DNA of 64,000 nucleotides from Sphingomonadales bacterium. GTDB taxonomy: Bacteria; Pseudomonadota; Alphaproteobacteria; Sphingomonadales; Sphingomonadaceae. The stretch's first letter is position 1; the number at the start of each line of letters is the position of its first letter. The notes beneath the pieces were generated by a model, which was not told the origin of the DNA, ran no database searches, and saw nothing but the letters and a program-made list of their open reading frames with translations. Made by a program: the position numbers and the translations under genes. Location of the stretch: NCBI GenBank assembly GCA_043765635.1, contig JAYUIX010000160.1, positions 641 to 64,640 of the forward strand, in the 5' to 3' direction. Below, in pieces: positions 17,318 through 24,804 of the stretch.

Positions 17318-17345
17318 AATAATTCCTTCGATTAAAAAAACGGGT

Positions 17346-17615
17346 TTAACGAACCGACCCGCGACGGATAAGGTTAACGATCCCAAGCAATACGACCGCA
17401 CCGAGAAACGAAACAAACAGCGATTTGATATCAAGTGCGCCCGACGTAATCGGCGATCCGCCAATCAGTGGTGTGATGAGAAATCCTGCGAGCATCGCGC
17501 CGACAATGCCAACCACGATATTAAGGATGATGCCCTGCTGACCATCAGTGCGCATAACCATGCTTGCAAGCCAGCCGAGCACGCCGCCAACGACGAGGAG
17601 GATAATAAGGTTCAT
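17346..17615 (-). CDS. GlsB/YeaQ/YmgE family stress-response membrane protein
   Basis: MNLIILLVVGGVLGWLASMVMRTDGQQGIILNIVVGIVGAMLAGFL... is a typical transglycosylase-associated/GlsB family sequence. I chose ATG 17615. Confidence 0.8.
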   Translation of the reverse strand: MNLIILLVVGGVLGWLASMVMRTDGQQGIILNIVVGIVGAMLAGFLITPLIGGSPITSGALDIKSLFVSFLGAVVLLGIVNLIRRGSVR

Positions 17616-17642
17616 AATGTTTCTCCGTTTGTGATGGGGAGA

Positions 17643-17667
17643 TAACTGTCTGTGAGGTGAACAGTTC
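17643..17667 (-). promoter_or_regulatory. EcfG-like promoter motif, 8/9 match (GGAAC-N16-AGTT)
   Basis: The plus strand reads AACT (17643-17646), 16 nt, then GTTCC (17663-17667), 28 nt upstream of ATG 17615. Confidence 0.4.
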
Positions 17668-17701
17668 CCACGGCTTTGCTTAAAAGCGATGAAAATACGC
17701 T

Positions 17702-17726
17702 GGAACCAAAGCGAAAACGGCGTGTT
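17702..17726 (+). promoter_or_regulatory. EcfG-like promoter motif, 8/9 match (GGAAC-N16-TGTT)
   Basis: GGAAC lies at 17702-17706 and TGTT at 17723-17726, 26 nt upstream of ATG 17752. It is divergent from the previous motif. Confidence 0.35.
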
Positions 17727-17751
17727 TAGAGGTGAACAAGGACATAATTTC

Positions 17752-17916
17752 ATGCAGAATATTCAAGATGACCCGGTTAAGCTCAGTACCATTGAGGCCC
17801 GCGCAGGTCGGACACCGCACATCGTGCGTTATGTGCTCGGGTTTTCGCTGCTGTTGACGATTATTGGCATGGTGGCAGTTTTGGGCTTTGGGTTCACGCT
17901 GACCGGGGCGCTTTAA
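17752..17916 (+). CDS. small single-pass membrane protein (54 aa), hypothetical
   Basis: MQNIQDDPVKLSTIEARAGRTPHIVRYVLGFSLLLTIIGMVAVLGFGFTLTGAL has one clear TM helix. The start was chosen downstream of the promoter-like motif. Confidence 0.45.
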   Translation: MQNIQDDPVKLSTIEARAGRTPHIVRYVLGFSLLLTIIGMVAVLGFGFTLTGAL

Positions 17917-18022
17917 GCGCAGATCGGTTCAGATTTTCTCTTTGATATTGGCTTGTCACCTGCTGGGAATTGTAATTGAAGGCGATTGAGCCTTCTATCA
18001 TCAATTCGCGCCTATCGTTTCC

Positions 18023-19825
18023 TCACCCCAATCCCGCACACGCCTTCTCAAGCCATGTCTTCGCATCGCCTTCAAACTGCGGGCCTACCACAGTAAGCAC
18101 TTGTGCGTGGTAATCATCCCACCAGCGGAGTTCATCGCGGTTCATGATCGACGTATCGACCAGCGTCCGGTCAATCGGGGCAAACGTTAATGTTTCGAAG
18201 CCAAAGTAACGCCCCTCTGCGCCTGCGATTTCGCGTTCCTCAACCAGCACAAGATTTTCGATGCGGATGCCGTATTCGCCCGTTTTGTAATATCCCGGTT
18301 CGTTTGAAAGGAACATGCCGGGGAGCAAAGGCTCGTCAGTGCCCGCCTGACCGCCGGAGAATTTCCCGATCCGCTGTGGCCCTTCATGCACGGCGAGGAA
18401 GCTGCCGACGCCGTGACCCGTGCCGTGGGCATAATCGACGCCTGCCGCCCAAAGATGCATCCGTGCGAGTGTATCGAGTTGTGCGCCGCGTGTCCCTTCG
18501 GGGAAGGTCGCCGTTGCCAGCGCGATATGGCCTTTCAGTACGCGGGTGAAGCGATCTTTCATTTCCGCAGTCGGCTCGCCTGGCCCGACCCACACGGTGC
18601 GCGTCACGTCGGTCGTTCCGTCCAGATATTGCCCGCCTGAGTCGACTAGGTAGACACTTGAGGGATCAATCCGGCGGTTGGTCGTGTCATCAACCTTATA
18701 ATGGCAGATCGCGCCGTTGGGGCCAGCGCCCGAGATTGTGTCGAACGACAAGTCCTTGAGCTTACCCGTCGCCACGCGGAAATCGCGCAGTTTGGCGGCG
18801 GCTGAAAGTTCAGTCAGTTCGCCCTTAGGTGCCTCGCCTTCGAGCCAGTGGAGGAAGCGGCTGAGAGCTGCTCCGTCACGTTTTTGCGCAGCGCGGTGGC
18901 CAGCTTGTTCAACCGGGTTTTTCTGCGCCTTGGGCAGGATCGTTGGATCGCGCAGCGGCACAATCTGCGCGCCGCCCGCTGCTAGTTCGTCAAAGATTGC
19001 GGCAACCGCACGGTCTGGATCAACCGCGATGCGCTTACCCTTCATATCCCCAAGCGCAGGCGCAAACGCCGAGCGCGGATGGATACGCACCGCATTGCCA
19101 AGATGTTGGCGCACTGCATCGTCCACCTTCTCCGGCTCAACATATAGGTCAGCCGTGCCGTCTGCGCCAAGCATAGCAAACGAGAGCGCGACGGGGGTGT
19201 GCGACACATCGTCCCCACGAATATTGAACGTCCACGCCACTGAATCGAGCGCTGAAATTACAGCGGCATCAAGATTGTGCGCAGTCAACCAATCGGCCAC
19301 TGCCGCGCGCTTCTGAGCTGAGCTTTGCCCGCTATACTGGTCGTCAAGCACAATTATCTTCGCGCTTGATGGCGCTGGCTGTTCAGCCCACACCGCATCA
19401 ACTGGGTTGCGATCCACCGCGACCAGCTTAGCCCCTTTTTCAGCAAGCGCCTTTGTCGCTGCCTCGGCCCAGCCTTTGGTGTGCACCCACGGGTCATAGC
19501 CAATCCGCCCACCAACCGCTGCATGTTCGGCCAGCCAATCGGCAATGCTTGTTTCGGGCACGCCAACATATTGCCAGTGCTTGGCCGATACTTGTTCACG
19601 AACCTGGATCGTGTAGCGGCCATCGGTAAAAATCGCAGCCTCTTCACTCATCACCACAGCCGTTCCAGCCGATCCGCCAAAGCCCGTCAGCCAGCCAAGC
19701 CGCTGCGCATATTCGCCGACATATTCGGACATATGTTCATCACATATCGGCACGACAAAACCGTCAAGATGGTCAGACTTTAACTGCTCACGCAGCGCGG
19801 CGAGGCGATCTTCGTAGGTGGACAT
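18023..19825 (-). CDS. pepP: aminopeptidase P family (M24B Xaa-Pro aminopeptidase)
   Basis: 600 aa with a creatinase-like N-terminal domain and the M24 catalytic core (DSGGQY...DVTRT, HGTGHGVG, NEPGYY, IRIEN). Confidence 0.9.
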   Translation of the reverse strand: MSTYEDRLAALREQLKSDHLDGFVVPICDEHMSEYVGEYAQRLGWLTGFGGSAGTAVVMSEEAAIFTDGRYTIQVREQVSAKHWQYVGVPETSIADWLAEHAAVGGRIGYDPWVHTKGWAEAATKALAEKGAKLVAVDRNPVDAVWAEQPAPSSAKIIVLDDQYSGQSSAQKRAAVADWLTAHNLDAAVISALDSVAWTFNIRGDDVSHTPVALSFAMLGADGTADLYVEPEKVDDAVRQHLGNAVRIHPRSAFAPALGDMKGKRIAVDPDRAVAAIFDELAAGGAQIVPLRDPTILPKAQKNPVEQAGHRAAQKRDGAALSRFLHWLEGEAPKGELTELSAAAKLRDFRVATGKLKDLSFDTISGAGPNGAICHYKVDDTTNRRIDPSSVYLVDSGGQYLDGTTDVTRTVWVGPGEPTAEMKDRFTRVLKGHIALATATFPEGTRGAQLDTLARMHLWAAGVDYAHGTGHGVGSFLAVHEGPQRIGKFSGGQAGTDEPLLPGMFLSNEPGYYKTGEYGIRIENLVLVEEREIAGAEGRYFGFETLTFAPIDRTLVDTSIMNRDELRWWDDYHAQVLTVVGPQFEGDAKTWLEKACAGLG

Positions 19826-19827
19826 GG

Positions 19828-20250
19828 CTATTGCGGCTCCCAGGGGTTGAGAAGTTTGACGCCAAGCGGCGCGAAATCGGCGGTGTTGCGGGTAACGACC
19901 GTAAGATTATGGACAAGTGCTGTGGCGGCGATGAAGGCATCAAGTTCGGGGCGTGGATCGGGGACATGCAATGCAGCGCACTGCGTCACGACGGCTTGAT
20001 TTACATCAAGAATACGTCCGGCAAGCGAGGGGATAACTGACTGATCAAGCCAGACGCGAAGCATATTGCCCTGTTCGGCGTCCCTGTACGCCATGCGCCT
20101 TTGGCCGCGTTCAAGCTCAAGCAAAGTGATCACCGAGATAAACTGAAGCTGGCTGGAAATTCTCTTGGCCCAAGCGGCAACTTGAGCATTCCCCTTGCCA
20201 GTCCCAATCCGGCGGAATTCGGAGAGAACATTGGTATCGATCAAATACAT
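19828..20250 (-). CDS. vapC: type II toxin VapC (PIN domain ribonuclease)
   Basis: MYLIDTNVLSE... contains the PIN acidic residues. TAATG overlaps the upstream antitoxin gene. Confidence 0.85.
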   Translation of the reverse strand: MYLIDTNVLSEFRRIGTGKGNAQVAAWAKRISSQLQFISVITLLELERGQRRMAYRDAEQGNMLRVWLDQSVIPSLAGRILDVNQAVVTQCAALHVPDPRPELDAFIAATALVHNLTVVTRNTADFAPLGVKLLNPWEPQ

Positions 20251-20516
20251 TAGGAAAGATCAATCTCGCGGTTTGAAATCTCTTTTGATCGCGGAAGCAG
20301 CCATTCCTCGTCATCAATATGCGCGGTCTCGGGGCTGGCGAGGAGTTCAGCAAGGCTAGGCTCCTTGCCGAGCAGCCGCCGATACTCGTCATGCGTCAGC
20401 AGGACATGCTCAAACTTGCCGCGCTCAGTTATGAACACTGGCCCGCTGCGCGCCGCGCGCTTAGCGCGACCGACGTCTTGGTTGAATTCTCGGCTGGAAA
20501 GTGTCGTTATACCCAT
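20250..20516 (-). CDS. type II antitoxin, Phd/YefM family
   Basis: 88 aa; LSSREFNQDVGRAKRAARSGPVFITERGKFEHVLLTHDEYRRL is typical of Phd/YefM. It is coupled to vapC. Confidence 0.8.
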   Translation of the reverse strand: MGITTLSSREFNQDVGRAKRAARSGPVFITERGKFEHVLLTHDEYRRLLGKEPSLAELLASPETAHIDDEEWLLPRSKEISNREIDLS

Positions 20517-20517
20517 A

Positions 20518-20537
20518 ATGTAGCAACATTACTACAT
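20518..20537. promoter_or_regulatory. inverted repeat ATGTAG-N8-CTACAT, candidate TA operator
   Basis: Perfect 6-bp arms lie immediately upstream of the antitoxin start codon. Confidence 0.4.
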
Positions 20538-20592
20538 TCTCTGTTTATGGTCAATCTTTGCACTCTGCTGACAAACGGCTAGACCCGCGATT

Positions 20593-22740
20593 ATGACACA
20601 TCGATTCCTCATTGTGCTTGCCGCTGCCTGCGTTCTTGCTACCCCCACACTTGCCCAGAAAGCCCCCCAGAAAGCTCTAATGACTGATATTTCAAAACCG
20701 CCCGTCGCCGCCAAAAAAACCTACAGCTACACGCGCCACGGCGTTACTATCAGCGATGATTATCATTGGCTCAAGGACGAGGGCTATCCCAAGGTCAATG
20801 ATGTTCCAGTGCTTGATTATCTCAAAGCTGAGAACGCCTATTTCGAAGCACAGATGAAGCCGCACGCCGCGCGGGTCGAAACGATTTTCGCTGAGATGAA
20901 GGCGCGGCTCAAGGAGGATGAATCGACCGTTCCACAGAAAGACGGTGCGTATTTCTATTGGGAAAGTTACGAAAAAGGCGCGCAGTATAAAAAATGGATG
21001 CGCAAACCCGTCGCGGGCGGCCCTGATGAAGTGATGCTTGACGAAGCCAAGCTCGCCGAGGGCAAAGAGTATTTCCGCCTCGGCGCGCTCAGCGTCAGCC
21101 GCGATGACCGAATGATGGCGTATTCGACCGATACCGACGGATCGGAGCGCTTCACTGTCCGTTTCCGTGATCTAAGCACTGCCAAGGAGCTTCCCGAGAC
21201 GATCCCCGGCATCAATGGCAGCCTCGTCTTCAGTGCCGATGGCAAGCACTTGCTCTACACCCCGGTTAATGCGCAGTGGCGATCCGAAAAGGCCATGCTC
21301 CATACCTTTGGCACGCCGGTTTCTGCAGATAAAGTGCTTTACCAAGAAGCCGACCAAGGATTCCAAGTTGACATCAGCAGCACTCAGTCGGACAAATATA
21401 TCGTCATCTCAACCGGCAATATTGCGACGAGCGAGCTCCGCTTGATCCCCGCGAGTGATCCGCTCGCCAAGCATATTCTCATTCGCGCTCGCAAGGTTGG
21501 CGTTGAATATGATGTTGAGGAGCATGAGGGCACGCTCTTCATCCACACCAATGATACCAGCACTCAGTTTCGGTTGGTGACGGCAAGCCTCGACACGCCC
21601 GGCGAATGGTTTGAGCGGATTGCCCCGTCCAAAGATTTCTACATGACGGGGGTAATGACCTTTGCTGATTTTTTCGTGGTTGAGGGGCGTGATCGTGGCC
21701 TCGATCAGATTGAGATCCACAGCTATGCAGGCGGCGCGCCAAAGCGGGTGCCCTTTCCTGAGGCGAGCTATTCGGCAGGCCTTGATGACAACCCCGAATA
21801 TAAGATCAGCAAGCTCCGGCTTTCTTATGAGTCGATGGTCACACCCGATACGGTGTTTGATTATGACCTAGCGGATGCGAAACTGACCTCGCTCAAGGTG
21901 CAGGAAATCCCAAGCGGTTATGACGCGAGTCAATACGTGACTGAACGCGTCGAAATCACCGCGCGCGATGGCACCAAGGTGCCGGTGTCTGTGGTTTACA
22001 AAAAAGGCTTTAAGAAAGACGGCAACGGCCCGCTCTATCTCTATGCCTACGGCGCTTACGGCTATGCGATCCCGCCGGGATTTTCGACCGTGCGGCTGTC
22101 CTATCTTGATCGCGGTTTTGCTTATGCCATCGCGCATATTCGCGGCGGCGATGATCTGGGCCAGCAGTGGCAGCTTGACGGCAAGCTCACCAAGCGCACC
22201 AACACCTTCAATGATTTTGTCGATAGCGCCAAGGGGCTGATTGACCTCGGTTTTGCGAGAGCAGGCCGCGTCGTGGCCGCAGGAGGCTCCGCTGGCGGCG
22301 AACTGATGGGCGTCGTCGTCAACACCAATCCAGAGCTGTGGGGTGCGGTCGCGGCGCATGTGCCCTTTGTTGATGTGCTGAATACGATGCAGGATGAGAG
22401 CCTGCCGCTGACACCGGGCGAATGGCCCGAATGGGGCAACCCGATCACCGACAAGGCCGCGTTTGACCTGATCCGCAGCTACTCCCCCTATGATCAAGTG
22501 AAGCCGCAGAAATATCCGCCACTGTTTGTGACGGCAGGCCTCAACGACCCCCGTGTAACCTATTGGGAACCCGCCAAATGGGTCGCCAAATTGCGAAGCG
22601 TGAAGACCGACAACAATATCCTGATGCTCAAAACCAACATGGGCGCAGGGCATGGCGGCAAATCAGGCCGATTTGAAAGTTTGAGAGAGGATGCGGAAGA
22701 AGTGGCGTTCTTTCTGTGGCAATTGGGGATGGTGGAGTGA
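20593..22740 (+). CDS. ptrB: oligopeptidase B (S9A prolyl oligopeptidase family)
   Basis: 715 aa with a signal peptide, beta-propeller and catalytic domain. The active-site serine is in GGSAGGELMG, and a GAGHGG region lies near the C-terminus. Confidence 0.9.
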   Translation: MTHRFLIVLAAACVLATPTLAQKAPQKALMTDISKPPVAAKKTYSYTRHGVTISDDYHWLKDEGYPKVNDVPVLDYLKAENAYFEAQMKPHAARVETIFAEMKARLKEDESTVPQKDGAYFYWESYEKGAQYKKWMRKPVAGGPDEVMLDEAKLAEGKEYFRLGALSVSRDDRMMAYSTDTDGSERFTVRFRDLSTAKELPETIPGINGSLVFSADGKHLLYTPVNAQWRSEKAMLHTFGTPVSADKVLYQEADQGFQVDISSTQSDKYIVISTGNIATSELRLIPASDPLAKHILIRARKVGVEYDVEEHEGTLFIHTNDTSTQFRLVTASLDTPGEWFERIAPSKDFYMTGVMTFADFFVVEGRDRGLDQIEIHSYAGGAPKRVPFPEASYSAGLDDNPEYKISKLRLSYESMVTPDTVFDYDLADAKLTSLKVQEIPSGYDASQYVTERVEITARDGTKVPVSVVYKKGFKKDGNGPLYLYAYGAYGYAIPPGFSTVRLSYLDRGFAYAIAHIRGGDDLGQQWQLDGKLTKRTNTFNDFVDSAKGLIDLGFARAGRVVAAGGSAGGELMGVVVNTNPELWGAVAAHVPFVDVLNTMQDESLPLTPGEWPEWGNPITDKAAFDLIRSYSPYDQVKPQKYPPLFVTAGLNDPRVTYWEPAKWVAKLRSVKTDNNILMLKTNMGAGHGGKSGRFESLREDAEEVAFFLWQLGMVE
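22705..22737 (+). repeat. direct repeat copy 1 (native 3' end of ptrB)
   Basis: GCGTTCTTTCTGTGGCAATTGGGGATGGTGGAG is identical at 30 of 33 positions to 23197-23229. Confidence 0.85.
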
Positions 22741-22744
22741 GGGG

Positions 22745-22856
22745 GAACGGCTAACCCCTCCCCGCTCGCCCTGAGCTTGTCGAAGGGCTGTCTTTTTCTT
22801 TCAACCGCGTGCAGAAGAGAAAGGACAAGGCTTCGACAGGCTCAGCCCGAACGGTT
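22745..22856. repeat. REP-like imperfect palindromic element
   Basis: The arm CCGCTCGCCCTGAGCTTGTCGAAGGGCTGTC...TTTC faces GAAAGGACAAGGCTTCGACAGGCTCAGCCCGAACGG, with the shared core CTGAGC(Y)TGTCGAAG. It lies just after the ptrB stop. Confidence 0.6.
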
Positions 22857-22880
22857 TAATTTGATGTCATCGGTTTAGAA

Positions 22881-23177
22881 ATGACTATGGAAATCGCCAT
22901 GCACAGCCCAAGCCATATCGGCGCATTTGTGCGCGAAATTGTTGAGGGGCATGATCTTAACGTGTCCTCAGCTTCACGCGTTTTAGGAGTAACACGTCAG
23001 ACGCTTTCGATCCTGATCAACGAACATGGCGGCCTCTCCTCCGACATGGCGCTGCGCATCGAAAAGGCGTTTGGGGTACGAATGGACACCCTCCTCAAAA
23101 TGCAAACCGCATGGGAGATAGCCGAGGCGCGCAAGCGTGAGGGCGCGTTTGATATACAGAGATATATGGCGGCTTAG
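22881..23177 (+). CDS. HigA-family antitoxin-like XRE HTH protein (no cognate toxin upstream)
   Basis: SHIGAFVREIVEGHDLNVSSASRVLGVTRQTLSILINEHGGLSSDMALRIEKAFGVRMDTLLKMQTAWEIAEA shows the HigA/VapI pattern. Confidence 0.8.
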   Translation: MTMEIAMHSPSHIGAFVREIVEGHDLNVSSASRVLGVTRQTLSILINEHGGLSSDMALRIEKAFGVRMDTLLKMQTAWEIAEARKREGAFDIQRYMAA

Positions 23178-23196
23178 GGTAGATACAGAAAAAACA

Positions 23197-23229
23197 GCGT
23201 TTTTCCTGTGGCAATTGGGGATGGTAGAG
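23197..23229 (+). repeat. direct repeat copy 2 (duplicated ptrB 3' end)
   Basis: GCGTTTTTCCTGTGGCAATTGGGGATGGTAGAG lies in non-coding DNA directly upstream of the protease gene. Confidence 0.85.
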
Positions 23230-23234
23230 CAGGA

Positions 23235-24041
23235 ATGGCAAGTGATACTAACTTACTTAATCTGTCGAATGCCGAACAAATTCTCTATTCAACCGTATTT
23301 GTCGAGACGATAGACGGCGATTCTCGCGCAACTGGTACAGCATTTTTCCATCAGTTTACCATGCCCAACGGGCGCAGCGCAGTTTCTTTAGTTAGTTGTC
23401 GACATGTCTTGGGAGGAGCGCAGACCTTGCGCTTTTGGTGTCCCATTCAGAGAGCAGATGGACACCCCTCGGATCGACATGCCGATATCATGTTTCGATT
23501 GGATAGGAATGTAACAACACATCCAGATTCGGACATAGATTTGGCAGGAGTGATAATCCATCACATAGATAACGCGCCCTTTCTGAAAGGTGAAAAGCTA
23601 TTTTACCGCGCCCTCAGTGAGGCTTTGATCCCAGACCATTCGCAATGGGAAGACCTGAGCGTTGCAGACCCAATTTTTGTTCCCGGATGTCCGGCTGGTC
23701 TGTTCGAAAAGCAAGACAGAACACCATTTTTCAGAAGCGGTATTATAGCGAGCCTTCCCAGAGATTCACTAAGGCCGCACTTCTACATCGATATGCCTAC
23801 CATAAACGGGGCGTCTGGCTCTCCAGTCATCATTGACTCACATTTTTCATTCAATCGGGCAGGTGGCGGATACGAATTGCGGAATCGCTTTTACCTGATT
23901 GGGATTGTTACAGATGGCCTTGAATTCACTCATCAAAATGGAAACCAAGACCTGCACTTTGGGAAAGTCGTCCGAGCGAACAATTTGCGTCAACTCAATG
24001 CGGCGATCCTTAACGACACAAGAGAACGTGACACCGACTAA
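23235..24041 (+). CDS. trypsin-like (chymotrypsin-fold) serine peptidase, no signal peptide
   Basis: A candidate catalytic triad occurs in order: GTAFF...VSCRHVL (His), DSDIDLAGV (Asp), TINGASGSPVI (Ser in GxSGSP). I chose ATG 23235; the track start at 23208 lies inside the duplicated ptrB end. Confidence 0.7.
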   Translation: MASDTNLLNLSNAEQILYSTVFVETIDGDSRATGTAFFHQFTMPNGRSAVSLVSCRHVLGGAQTLRFWCPIQRADGHPSDRHADIMFRLDRNVTTHPDSDIDLAGVIIHHIDNAPFLKGEKLFYRALSEALIPDHSQWEDLSVADPIFVPGCPAGLFEKQDRTPFFRSGIIASLPRDSLRPHFYIDMPTINGASGSPVIIDSHFSFNRAGGGYELRNRFYLIGIVTDGLEFTHQNGNQDLHFGKVVRANNLRQLNAAILNDTRERDTD

Positions 24042-24050
24042 TTGAAGTTT

Positions 24051-24413
24051 TCACCCCACCCCATATTCCCGCACCAACAGCCGTTCGGGCACATGCCATT
24101 CCTTGGCGATGCGGCGGATCATTGGCAGGGTTAGTGCGCGCTGCCGTTTGAGGATTTCGGTTGCACGACTGTTGCCGATTAACTGGGCGAGGTCGGCGCG
24201 GGTGTGGCCGTCATGCGCCATTGCCGCCTCAATCGCCTCGACTGGATCCATTTCATCAAGCGGCCAGCGCTTTTCCTCATACGCCTCAATCAGCGTTGCC
24301 AACACATCAAGGCGATCACCGTCCGCCGTTCCCTCAGTCGCGCCCCAAAGCGCTTCGATCTCACGCAGTGCTGCCTCATGATCGGTGTCAGTTTTGATTG
24401 GTTTGATATCCAT
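24051..24413 (-). CDS. higA: type II antitoxin HigA (C-terminal HTH)
   Basis: The 120-aa architecture matches E. coli-type HigA: an N-terminal helical region and a C-terminal HTH (RADLAQLIGNSRATEILKRQRALTLPMIRRIAKEWHVP). It lies downstream of higB. Confidence 0.8.
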   Translation of the reverse strand: MDIKPIKTDTDHEAALREIEALWGATEGTADGDRLDVLATLIEAYEEKRWPLDEMDPVEAIEAAMAHDGHTRADLAQLIGNSRATEILKRQRALTLPMIRRIAKEWHVPERLLVREYGVG

Positions 24414-24423
24414 ATTTGCTTCC

Positions 24424-24726
24424 TTAAAATAACGTCACAGTCAGCGCGTTGATCCGGTCATATTCACCGTGGGTACCGATGAACTTCACAAACGCAATCG
24501 CCCGCCTGAAATCAAATGCGACGATCAGACGGTAATCCCCGCCGGCGACTTCAAAACGAACGCGCTCACCGTTTAAAGCCTTCGCCTTGGAAAAAGCCGC
24601 CTGAACATCACTTGCGCTCTGCCAGTCCGCCGCTTTCGTTACATTTTGCCAATGCGTCAGCGATGCCTTTGTTTCGGGATGCTTTTCCCAAAAGGCCACA
24701 AGCGTGCTGCGCGCAATTATTCTCAT
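24424..24726 (-). CDS. higB: type II toxin HigB (RelE-fold mRNA interferase)
   Basis: MRIIARSTLVAFWEKHPETKASLTHWQNVTKAADWQSASDV...RVRFEVAGGDYRLIVAFDFRRAIAFVKFIGTHGEYDRI is collinear with E. coli HigB. Confidence 0.85.
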   Translation of the reverse strand: MRIIARSTLVAFWEKHPETKASLTHWQNVTKAADWQSASDVQAAFSKAKALNGERVRFEVAGGDYRLIVAFDFRRAIAFVKFIGTHGEYDRINALTVTLF

Positions 24727-24741
24727 TAGGCCAACTATCAT

Positions 24742-24756
24742 TTCCCATAGCGGGAA
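24742..24756. promoter_or_regulatory. inverted repeat TTCCC-N5-GGGAA, possible higBA operator
   Basis: It lies 16 nt upstream of the higB ATG. The arms are short, so support is weak. Confidence 0.3.
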
Positions 24757-24804
24757 TCAAGCGCGAATTGACCTCGCATCCGCTACAGTCAATAAGCCTC
24801 CACC

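Noticed and set aside
16976-17335. 119-aa plus-strand ORF opposite the repeat lipoprotein gene.
   Set aside because: It is antisense to an ORF with a proper signal peptide, lipobox, RBS context and terminator. It is also a repetitive-sequence artefact.
21868-22653. 261-aa minus-strand ORF inside ptrB.
   Set aside because: It is an antisense shadow ORF of the oligopeptidase B catalytic domain, with no motifs or RBS.
22741-22880. Possible HigB/RelE toxin remnant upstream of the orphan HigA-like gene.
   Set aside because: The plus-strand frames give only short, stop-interrupted peptides with no RelE/HigB-like C-terminal motif. The interval is occupied by the REP-like palindrome.
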